A stretch of 64,000 bases of DNA from Anaerolineae bacterium (GTDB lineage: Bacteria > Chloroflexota > Anaerolineae > Promineifilales > Promineifilaceae). The first letter of the stretch is position 1. Each line of letters starts with the position of its first letter. The notes below the pieces were generated by a model, which saw nothing but the letters and a program-made list of their open reading frames with translations, made no database searches and was not told the origin of the DNA. Positions 9,858 through 17,928 of the stretch are shown here, in pieces. A program made the position numbers and the translations under genes. The stretch is from NCBI GenBank assembly GCA_045105475.1, contig JBGCDP010000222.1, positions 4,471-68,470 on the forward strand. Direction: 5' to 3'.

Positions 9858-9959
9858 ATGTTCAACCAAAACAACGATCAGACTGAAAACAAAGTAATTT
9901 CAGCAATCAGCTATGCTTTATTCGCCATTATCCTAATTGCAATCCCCTTTATTTTTTAA
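9858..9959 (+). CDS. Hypothetical tail-anchored mini-protein (33 aa)
   Basis: AGGAG lies 7 nt upstream of the ATG. I translated it by hand as MFNQNNDQTENKVISAISYALFAIILIAIPFIF. It is below the ORF-track size cutoff. Confidence 0.3.
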   Translation: MFNQNNDQTENKVISAISYALFAIILIAIPFIF

Positions 9960-10056
9960 GCAAACTCCGTTTCACTTAAGGCTTATTGATAACGAATTAG
10001 CTGAATTTCACCGAATTATTATTCTTTATTCGGCAAATAGATTAACCAGAAAACAA

Positions 10057-10087
10057 ACAGCCGCCTCTTGGGCGGCTGTTTTGCTTT
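10057..10087. terminator. Rho-independent terminator between convergent genes
   Basis: Arms acagccgcc / ggcggctgt with a 5-nt loop. T-rich sequence flanks it on both strands. Confidence 0.65.
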
Positions 10088-10130
10088 GTTCAAATGAATT
10101 TATTGCTAAAGAGGGGTGCCTAATAAAAGT

Positions 10131-10946
10131 CTACGGCAAACAGATCGCACTACCCGCATCAATTGAATAGTTCGCATCGATCCCATTGATCTGCTGTAAA
10201 ATGACGGCCGTCGTGCCGTTGTTCACTCCGATCCGAAATAGCGTATCTCCTTCTTTAATCGGATAGGCTCGCTGAGAACTACAGGCCGCATTATTGGCGT
10301 ATGGAATGACAATCACATTGCCTGGGAACATATCAACTTCTGAAATGCCTGCTTCTGACATCATTGTCACTGAGCTGTTATAGCGTGTCGCCAGACTAAA
10401 AATCGTTTCTCCGGCCGAAACCGTGTGGTTAACCCTGGCAATAATATTATTGAGGTCGGCACTGACATTGGGGTTCACAACAACCGGGATGGGAGTAAAT
10501 GTCGGTGGTATCACCTGTGGATTTGAATTAAATTGAACCGTAAGTGTTGGATCAACCTGAATCACATCAGGGTTTTGCGGAGCAGGCGCGGGTGTGGAGG
10601 TCAACTGCACTTCTGGCTTGGCGGCCGTATCATCGGCAACCACTATTTCAACGGGCGAAGGTACGGCCGTTGGGGGTGCAGCTACAACAATTCGCATCCG
10701 CTCATTCTGGGAAGATGCATTAATTTGAATAGTTTGACCTTCAACAATCTTGTTAAAAATGTCACGCTCTGCAACCTGATCAACCACATTTGGCACGCTT
10801 ATTACATCTTGTCCGGCTTCCGCATCCCCGTTTTGCTCGCGCAGGCTCACCAACAGGCTCGCTGCAATAGCGATAAATACGGTAGCGACAATAATCCCTA
10901 ACAACGGGCCGCGCGTGCTTTTTTGACGAAATAATTTACCAAGCAT
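10131..10946 (-). CDS. Membrane-anchored protein with two C-terminal LysM domains
   Basis: An N-terminal TM segment and a Pro/Val-rich linker precede two LysM repeats (HTVSAGETIFSLATRY.. and YPIKEGDTLFRIGVNN..). The ATG at 10946 is preferred to the TTG at 10973. Confidence 0.75.
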   Translation of the reverse strand: MLGKLFRQKSTRGPLLGIIVATVFIAIAASLLVSLREQNGDAEAGQDVISVPNVVDQVAERDIFNKIVEGQTIQINASSQNERMRIVVAAPPTAVPSPVEIVVADDTAAKPEVQLTSTPAPAPQNPDVIQVDPTLTVQFNSNPQVIPPTFTPIPVVVNPNVSADLNNIIARVNHTVSAGETIFSLATRYNSSVTMMSEAGISEVDMFPGNVIVIPYANNAACSSQRAYPIKEGDTLFRIGVNNGTTAVILQQINGIDANYSIDAGSAICLP

Positions 10947-11140
10947 AACGAATAATCTGTTGGTCCAAACCAATTTTTACCGGTTGCTTCAAGTAAACAT
11001 TGAGATGGTAACTAAAAATTTTATGTAACGTTCATGCTATCATAAGATCGGCCGATTTCAAAGAGGAAGACATAGACAAGATGTTGAGCCACTGCGAATA
11101 ATTGTGCCTTTTAGCTTTGTTAAATAGCAGGAGTTTCAAA

Positions 11141-12292
11141 ATGTTAGTAAAGCGCCAGCAGCTAGAAGAATTAGAAAAAAACCATTTAGCTCCCTATGCC
11201 CTGAAAAGCTCAGAATCGGCCGGACGCGTCCATGCCGAAACAGAATCGGAGACTCGTACCGCCTTTCAACGAGACCGTGACCGCATCATCCATACCCGAG
11301 CATTTCGACGCCTTGAGTACAAAACCCAAGTGTTTATCTTCTATGAAGGTGACCACTACCGCACCCGCTTAACCCACACCCTTGAAGTGGCTCAAATCGG
11401 TAAGTCGGTGGCTCGTGGTTTAGGTGCCAATCAAGATTTAACCGAAGCGATTTGTTTGGCTCATGATTTAGGCCATTCTCCTTTTGGGCATGCTGGAGAG
11501 TGGGTGCTTGATGAACTGATGGCAGAACATGGTGGCTTTAACCATAACCATCAGAGCTATCGAGTCGTAACCGAGCTCGAAGAACGCTACCCTAGCTTTG
11601 CCGGGCTAAACCTAACCTACGAAACGCGCGAAGGGATGATTAAGCATGAAACCGATTATGACCATAGCCAAGAACATGAATACGCTCCCGGCCGACGTGC
11701 GTCGCTGGAGGCTCAAATCGCGAACTTAGCAGATGAAGCCGCCTACAACGCGCATGACTTAGACGATGGGATTCGGGCAGGCTTTTTTACTCCCGAAGAA
11801 CTAAATGAGCTGGCCATTTGGCAACGGCTGCGCAAAAACATAGGATGGGAGTCTGGGCCATTTACTGAAATGTTGCGCCATGAAATGATTCGTGAACTCG
11901 TCGGCATCTCAGTCAACGATCTAATTACATACACCGACGAACAGCTGTCAAACGCTGGGATAAACTCCCCGGACGGGGTGCAGCGGCACGATAGTAATAT
12001 CGTTAGCTATTCAGAACCGATGGGAGCTGAAATCAAGGCGCTCAAACGCTTTTTACTGACAAAAATGTATCGTCACTATCGACTGATGCGGATGCAGACG
12101 AAGGCTCGAAACTTCATCACCGATATCTTTAACGCCTATCTTAAAGAGCCATCGATGTTACCCGCCAAAACACAAGAGCGGCTGGCTGACCTTTCAAAAG
12201 AGATGGTGATTTGTGATTATATTGCTGGGATGACGGACCGGTATGCGTTGGATGAGTGGGAGCGGCTCTTTATGCCGTATGCGCGGCCGTAG
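11141..12292 (+). CDS. dgt: dGTP triphosphohydrolase-like HD-domain protein
   Basis: Motifs FQRDRDRIIHT, RLTHTLEVAQI and HDLGHSPFGH. AGGAG lies upstream of the ATG at 11141. Confidence 0.9.
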   Translation: MLVKRQQLEELEKNHLAPYALKSSESAGRVHAETESETRTAFQRDRDRIIHTRAFRRLEYKTQVFIFYEGDHYRTRLTHTLEVAQIGKSVARGLGANQDLTEAICLAHDLGHSPFGHAGEWVLDELMAEHGGFNHNHQSYRVVTELEERYPSFAGLNLTYETREGMIKHETDYDHSQEHEYAPGRRASLEAQIANLADEAAYNAHDLDDGIRAGFFTPEELNELAIWQRLRKNIGWESGPFTEMLRHEMIRELVGISVNDLITYTDEQLSNAGINSPDGVQRHDSNIVSYSEPMGAEIKALKRFLLTKMYRHYRLMRMQTKARNFITDIFNAYLKEPSMLPAKTQERLADLSKEMVICDYIAGMTDRYALDEWERLFMPYARP

Positions 12293-12321
12293 TCGTAAAT
12301 GCCGACATGGGATTTAGGTAG

Positions 12322-12352
12322 CAGATGTTGGTCAATTCTCAACCAACATCTG
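12322..12352. terminator. Stem-loop between convergent genes
   Basis: Perfect 11-bp arms cagatgttggt / accaacatctg with a 9-nt loop. There is no clear U-tract. Confidence 0.3.
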
Positions 12353-12363
12353 ACGTCTCGCGT

Positions 12364-13401
12364 TTAATCGTCTATCTGAACAAGGGAAAAGCCGTCCACA
12401 AACCAACCATTGTTTTCATGCGCCCACCGGCCGCGTGCGGCTAGCCCAATCTGCACCGTTTGGGTTGAATTAACCTCAAACACATGCCCGTACCGGTTCT
12501 TTTGCCCAATTGGAACAAATCGCCAATCGCTTTGAACCCCATTGACTAAAAAGCTGATTTCGGCCGCACGGTAATCATCAGCATAAACTTTTCCACTGGT
12601 TAAATAGTCGTCAACCATATCGGGGAAAACATGGATAGTGAACTGGTAGCGGCCGGGGTCAAGTTTAAGATTTTGGGTCAGCCTATAGCTTACAGAACCG
12701 TATCCTTTGAAGATTTTGACCGTCTGATTGCTATCAACAAAAAAATCGTTGTGCTCGTGTGACGGAATGTCAGCTTTTGACAGCACACGAACCTCCGGCC
12801 GGACCCATCGATTCCAATCTTCAGGGTCAAGCGGGTTGTAACCGATATCATATTCAAAGTTCCACAAGTCAGGAATCTGCAGTTCAATCACCCCATTCGG
12901 ATTGGTGAAGCCCATCTCAAAAGACGGGTTGAACAGCAGATTCGTGCCAGATGGAATTGAAGCAACCGTTGTTGGCACAATAGATGTTGGCACTTGGGTC
13001 GGAACCAAAGTTGGCGGCGGTGTGTTGGTTGGGAAAGGTGTTTTTGTTGGGAACGGTGTCCGCGTCTTAGTTGGAACCGGAGTTGGGAAAGGGGTATTGG
13101 TCGGCTTGGGTGTCACCACAAATTCTCCAACGGGGGTTGGGGTGATGATAGTCTGTGATTCTGGGGTGAAGGTTGGAGGCAAACTATTATCGGGCGTTGG
13201 TGTCGGTGTGTCTGGCAAAGGAGTCGCAATGGCAACGGCCAACGTTGGGATTTCAGCCACAACCTTTGGTGGGTTTGAGTTACAGCCTGCAATTGCCATC
13301 AGAGCGGATAAGGCAAGAAGCAGATAAACCGATGGCAAATTCAAAGCCTCTTTTATAGTTGATAGATTAAGTTGAATGCGGGATGATTCTTTTTTCCTCA
13401 A
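12364..13401 (-). CDS. Secreted lipoprotein with long Pro/Thr linker and a C-terminal jelly-roll (CBM-like) domain
   Basis: Lipobox AIAGC and about 110 aa of PT-rich linker. The C-terminal domain begins NLLFNPSFE, as in CBM4/9-type folds. The start codon is TTG. Confidence 0.5.
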   Translation of the reverse strand: MRKKESSRIQLNLSTIKEALNLPSVYLLLALSALMAIAGCNSNPPKVVAEIPTLAVAIATPLPDTPTPTPDNSLPPTFTPESQTIITPTPVGEFVVTPKPTNTPFPTPVPTKTRTPFPTKTPFPTNTPPPTLVPTQVPTSIVPTTVASIPSGTNLLFNPSFEMGFTNPNGVIELQIPDLWNFEYDIGYNPLDPEDWNRWVRPEVRVLSKADIPSHEHNDFFVDSNQTVKIFKGYGSVSYRLTQNLKLDPGRYQFTIHVFPDMVDDYLTSGKVYADDYRAAEISFLVNGVQSDWRFVPIGQKNRYGHVFEVNSTQTVQIGLAARGRWAHENNGWFVDGFSLVQIDD

Positions 13402-13522
13402 AATTAACTCGCTCTCCTAAATATAAATATCGAGCCGGGACCTTGATCAAAACCAAGCACCCAATATATTCAATTATTGACATAAGATCAAGGAATGTTA
13501 CGCGATTCGGTCTTGGACCCTA

Positions 13523-13562
13523 GAAAGCAAAACGGATTGGCATGCCAATCCGTTTTGCTTTC
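13523..13562 (-). terminator. Long perfect palindrome downstream of galK
   Basis: A 40-nt perfect inverted repeat, gaaagcaaaacggattggca/tgccaatccgttttgctttc, lies 30 nt after the galK stop. Confidence 0.5.
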
Positions 13563-13592
13563 TATAAACTGTTGTTTTGAACTTGTTCTTAT

Positions 13593-14735
13593 TTATTTTT
13601 CAACAATGGCTGCACCGGCCGTTGCTTTACAGATATAGATGTCTGGTTGTAAATCAGTGACTGCAAAATAGTCCCTAGCGATTTCAAGGGCAAAAACTTC
13701 AGCACGATCTTCACGAACGAGGGCCACAACACAGCCGCCAAACCCACCGCCAGTCATACGTGCACCGTAACATCCGGTTGATTCTTGAGCCAAGGCCGCC
13801 ATCAAATCAAGATCACGATTGGTTACTTCAAAGTTGTCGCGCAGGCTGTCGTGACTGGCGTTCATAAATAATCCCATCAAATGCGCATCACCAGCCCGCA
13901 TCGCTTTAACTGCTTGCAAAACTCGGTCGTTTTCGCTGATAACGTGCGTTGCCCGACGCAGTGGGATACGGCCTAAGCCTTCTGCCCCTTTTTGCAGTCC
14001 GACATTGGTTAAATCACGCAGATGGCTAACACCATAGTGGCGAGCCGCTTCTTCACACTCTTTACGGCGGTCGTTGTAGCCTGAGCCGGTATGGGTATGT
14101 CGAGACATCGTATCGAGAATGACAATCGCTGTTTTTTCTGGCAATGGCACCAATTGAGTTGATAGATCGCGGCAGTCGATCATTAGGGCGTGGTCGGCCG
14201 CACCGCTGGCTGAAATCATCTGATCCATGATGCCGGTGTTGGCACCCACCCAATCGTTTTCAGCTCGCTGACCAACTTTAGCCATCCTAGGTGCGTCCCA
14301 CTCTGTATTTGACAAGGCCATGAATGCCATAGCGGTTGCCATCTCAAGGGCGGCCGAAGACGAAAGCCCCGCCCCGACCGGAACATTGCTCGTCACAATC
14401 CCTTCCCACCCAGAGAGATCAAAGCCATCTTCAAGCAAAGCCCAAGTAACCCCTTTTAAATATTCTCCCCAACCTTCACCCGGTTCGCCTAAATTAGCGA
14501 TTTCAAACTCGGCAGGGTCATCCATTTCGAGTGATTTGACATGCACAAGGCCATCTTCACGCGGCCGAATGGCTAGCCAAACCGCTCGGTTAATCGCCAT
14601 CGGCATCACAAAGCCATCGTTATAGTCAGTATGTTCACCAATTAAGTTGACTCGGCCAGGGGCACGGATAACAAAGGCGGGTGCTTCGCCATATTTTTCT
14701 TGAAATTTTTGTTTGATCAGATCTTTAAGATTCAT
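13593..14735 (-). CDS. galK: Galactokinase
   Basis: GHMP kinase signatures GRVNLIGEHTDYNDG and PVGAGLSSSAA. Confidence 0.95.
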   Translation of the reverse strand: MNLKDLIKQKFQEKYGEAPAFVIRAPGRVNLIGEHTDYNDGFVMPMAINRAVWLAIRPREDGLVHVKSLEMDDPAEFEIANLGEPGEGWGEYLKGVTWALLEDGFDLSGWEGIVTSNVPVGAGLSSSAALEMATAMAFMALSNTEWDAPRMAKVGQRAENDWVGANTGIMDQMISASGAADHALMIDCRDLSTQLVPLPEKTAIVILDTMSRHTHTGSGYNDRRKECEEAARHYGVSHLRDLTNVGLQKGAEGLGRIPLRRATHVISENDRVLQAVKAMRAGDAHLMGLFMNASHDSLRDNFEVTNRDLDLMAALAQESTGCYGARMTGGGFGGCVVALVREDRAEVFALEIARDYFAVTDLQPDIYICKATAGAAIVEK

Positions 14736-14814
14736 GAGTTGGTCGCGATTAGTGGGTGGATTGACTTAGTTGATTTCCACTAGGAATCAACTTTCTTTGA
14801 CGGTCAGTATACCG

Positions 14815-15870
14815 TTATAAGTTGTTTGTTAAGTAGTGGATGTTTGGAAGTTCACGCAGACGTTTCGCTGCCTGTTCGGCCGTTAAGTCACGCTGAGCTT
14901 CACCCAGCATTTCAAAGCCGACAAGGAATTTTCGCACGGTTGCCGAACGAAGCAAAGGGGGATAGTAGTGAGCGTGCAGTTGCCAATGGCTCGTGTCAAG
15001 ATTTAAGTAACGGCCGGTTGGGGCGTTGTGCCATCCCATCGAATACGGAAACGATGTTTCAAACAGATTGTCATATTTGACCAGAAGCTGTTTGGTGATG
15101 TCTGCAAGGCTATCTTTTTCGCCTTCGGTCAGGTCGGTCATCCGCTGCACAGGCCGCTTGGGCAACACAAGCGTTTCGAACGGCCATAGGGCCCAATACG
15201 GCACGACAACGACCCAATGCTTATTTTCCACAACGATACGCTCTTGCTTTTCAAGTTCAAGATTAACGTAATCGACGAGCATCGGCCGACCATGCGTTTC
15301 AAAATATTCTTGCTGGGTCCGGTTCTCTGTATGCGCTTCTTCTGGCAGTGTGGTCATCGCCCAGACTTGCCCGTGCGGATGCGGGTTAGATGATCCCATC
15401 ATTGCGCCCCGATTTTCAAACAGCTGCACCCACGTATGCTCTGTACCTAAATCAACGAGCTGGTCGTGCCATAAGTCAACAACGGTACGCAGTTCAGCCT
15501 GAGACATTTCGGCCGGAGTCAAATCATGTCGGGGTGAAAAGCAGATAACGCGGCTGGTACCCTGTACGCCAGACGACATCAGCAGCGGATGCTCTGGTTC
15601 AGGTGTATCGGGGGAGTCAGTGAGCAGCGCAGCAAAATCGTTGGTAAACACAAACGTAGAATCGTAATCTGGATTTTGCACACCACCAGAGCGGCTATTG
15701 CCAGGACACAAATAACATTTGGGGTCGTACTCAGGCAGGTTAAGTGCGGCCGGTTTTTCAACCTGCCCCTGCCACGGCCGTTTGGTTCGATGGGGTGAAA
15801 CCAAAACCCAAGAGCCTTTCAAGGGGTTAAATCGTCTGTGTGGATGTTCTGTGGGATCAAATAATGTCAT
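14815..15870 (-). CDS. galT: Galactose-1-phosphate uridylyltransferase
   Basis: CYLCPGN zinc site and the HPHGQ active-site motif. The ATG at 15870 has GAGGA upstream. Confidence 0.95.
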   Translation of the reverse strand: MTLFDPTEHPHRRFNPLKGSWVLVSPHRTKRPWQGQVEKPAALNLPEYDPKCYLCPGNSRSGGVQNPDYDSTFVFTNDFAALLTDSPDTPEPEHPLLMSSGVQGTSRVICFSPRHDLTPAEMSQAELRTVVDLWHDQLVDLGTEHTWVQLFENRGAMMGSSNPHPHGQVWAMTTLPEEAHTENRTQQEYFETHGRPMLVDYVNLELEKQERIVVENKHWVVVVPYWALWPFETLVLPKRPVQRMTDLTEGEKDSLADITKQLLVKYDNLFETSFPYSMGWHNAPTGRYLNLDTSHWQLHAHYYPPLLRSATVRKFLVGFEMLGEAQRDLTAEQAAKRLRELPNIHYLTNNL

Positions 15871-15903
15871 GTTTTTCCTCACTCAAAGCGTTCAGTCCTT
15901 GAG

Positions 15904-15951
15904 TTCCGTTACCGGTAACGGAAATGTATTTGATTTGACAGCTTTCGTCAA
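15904..15951 (-). promoter_or_regulatory. Candidate galTK promoter with overlapping 20-bp perfect palindromic operator
   Basis: On the minus strand the sequence reads TTGACG (15951-15946), a 17-nt spacer, then TACATT (15928-15923). The perfect palindrome TTCCGTTACC/GGTAACGGAA (15904-15923) follows immediately. Confidence 0.45.
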
Positions 15952-16035
15952 ATAAGGCGAGCAAATGACCAACCATCAATCTCTAGCCCCATTTTAGTTT
16001 CACTTAGGTTTCTTTATTAGGTTGGAAATTTCGAA

Positions 16036-16779
16036 TTAGTGCATCGGGTAATATCCAAACCCCGTCCATTCTTCATACCATTTAAGTATTTCAAGTACGG
16101 TATTCGGTGATCTACCAAAATCAAGGAGGTATGTTTCTAAGTCAGATTTTGAAGTTGATAGTATGATGGTTTCAACCTGCATTTGATCATGGATATACGC
16201 GATCGATTCTCCAGTTGGGCTAAAATGTATCTTATAATTGCTGCGGCCAAAACGTGGGCCACAGCCACTTGCGACAATTCTTGCTGAAGTTTGCGGATAC
16301 ATAATAAATACCTGGTAGCAGGGTCGTGGTCCATGCGTTTCGTTATCGACGCTTATGTAGCCTGTTGATTCAAATAGCCCTAATGCATCTTCAAGCAAGA
16401 GCTTGTGGTGAATATTTAAATTAATAACTTCTACAACATTATTAACCATAGTAATCGCAACTCGGTTACTGGAAATATGTTCAATAGCGTAAATAACGCT
16501 TTCTTGCTTGGGATCTACAGGGTTTTTAGTTTGGGAACTAATTGACACATCATGGAGTTCAAGAGTGTCAATATAAAAGATACTTGAGTCATTTAAGATT
16601 TTTTCTAGCTCCTCCTTATTTGTTTCGTTTGGTGTAATTCCTTGCCAACAAGGGAAGTTACATGGAGTATCTCCCAAATAGCCTCTACCAAGAAATTCTT
16701 CTGAAAAAGTACTGCAACCTATCAGGAGTAATAGAACCCCTATGAACATTGCCGTCGTAATTAATCTTCTTATGGACAT
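16036..16779 (-). CDS. Hypothetical lipoprotein (low-GC gene)
   Basis: Lipobox LIGC. No recognised domain. The gene is AT-rich and has no CGGCCG copies. Confidence 0.5.
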   Translation of the reverse strand: MSIRRLITTAMFIGVLLLLIGCSTFSEEFLGRGYLGDTPCNFPCWQGITPNETNKEELEKILNDSSIFYIDTLELHDVSISSQTKNPVDPKQESVIYAIEHISSNRVAITMVNNVVEVINLNIHHKLLLEDALGLFESTGYISVDNETHGPRPCYQVFIMYPQTSARIVASGCGPRFGRSNYKIHFSPTGESIAYIHDQMQVETIILSTSKSDLETYLLDFGRSPNTVLEILKWYEEWTGFGYYPMH

Positions 16780-16852
16780 TTTTCCCTCAAGAAAACAAAC
16801 TTGATATCTGAGCTTTCAAGTTGAAACATGAAAAACCTTAGGTCATTATAAA

Positions 16853-17860
16853 CTATTCATACATCAACAATACGGTGGGCAAGGGTGAGAATGGCAATAC
16901 TTGAATCTGCTGGTTAGGATGATTCAAAATTAATCCGGTTGAGGGGCCCCCATCAAGATTAACCGCAATTTGTAGGTCTAAATCAGATTGAGCCAACCAG
17001 CTGCTCATTTCGCTCAGGGTAAACCAGCTTCGGCGGGTTACAAGGATAAGCACCCGGCCGCTTTTGTCTTTGCCGATCACCGTCCGCTGGGCCTGATCAC
17101 CGTTGTCGCTAGATGCAGGGAATGCGGCTGTGCCGCCACTGTGCACCAAAATCGGAAATGCTTGAAAGGCTCCCCACAAATTTTCGGCCGTGGAGTATGG
17201 TGTTTGCCTTAGCCAGCGCACGTCTAAATTCGGGGCAGGGGCATCGCCGTTTATCGTCACCATCCCAGCAAAAGGACCATAGCTTGAGCCAGAAGAATCG
17301 CCTTGGGCAATCGTTAGGCCGGTAGCGGCATATTCGGCCGTGAAATAACCTGCATTCAGCACCAAAAGTGCCCCGCTATCGCGCTGCCACGCATCGATTG
17401 TTTTTGGATTACCGGGGGTGTATCCCACGTCAAATCGAAATTGCGCCGGATCAAGCCGAATGATTGTCAAACGCTCACGAACAACGCCTGTTTCTGGATC
17501 AAGAAGTGGTAAGTCGCGTGTTTCTAAGCCTGCTTGCACTGTGATCCAACCTGTATCGGAAGGGCCAGCGTTTATCTCAGTCGGTTCTGGCTCAGGTTGC
17601 GTTGTTGGCAGATCAGTAGGCTCCACTATGATTGGCGTCTCAGCTGGAATTTGTGTTGGAAATTCGGTCGGAGCATCCGTCGGCCGAAGTGTGGGTGTTG
17701 CCAAAAAGGAGGCCTCTGTTTGTGGTTCATCACCGGCACCTGTGATTAAGTCTCTCACCGACAGGCCAAACATTAATAGTGCGATCACTATCCCGCCTAT
17801 CAATGAAAGGCCGATAAGATTTGAGAGGCAACTGCCTCTTGGCGTTTTTCGATTTGACAT
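16853..17860 (-). CDS. Phosphodiester glycosidase (DUF2233/NAGPA-like) family protein, membrane anchored
   Basis: Motifs NAGYF, RTVIGKDKSGRVLILV and VNLDGGPSTGL. An N-terminal TM segment is followed by a PT/E linker. Confidence 0.7.
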   Translation of the reverse strand: MSNRKTPRGSCLSNLIGLSLIGGIVIALLMFGLSVRDLITGAGDEPQTEASFLATPTLRPTDAPTEFPTQIPAETPIIVEPTDLPTTQPEPEPTEINAGPSDTGWITVQAGLETRDLPLLDPETGVVRERLTIIRLDPAQFRFDVGYTPGNPKTIDAWQRDSGALLVLNAGYFTAEYAATGLTIAQGDSSGSSYGPFAGMVTINGDAPAPNLDVRWLRQTPYSTAENLWGAFQAFPILVHSGGTAAFPASSDNGDQAQRTVIGKDKSGRVLILVTRRSWFTLSEMSSWLAQSDLDLQIAVNLDGGPSTGLILNHPNQQIQVLPFSPLPTVLLMYE

Positions 17861-17928
17861 TGTTTCGCTAGTATACTTTCAATGTAGTTGAACGACTCGA
17901 AAAAATCATCATATTGTGAGGCACGACG

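Noticed and set aside
9937-10170. A 77-aa + strand ORF spanning the terminator and overlapping the LysM gene end. The similar ORFs 62006-62230 and 35234-35458 are treated the same way.
   Set aside because: They cross a terminator hairpin or overlap better-supported genes. They lack an SD and have non-protein-like composition.
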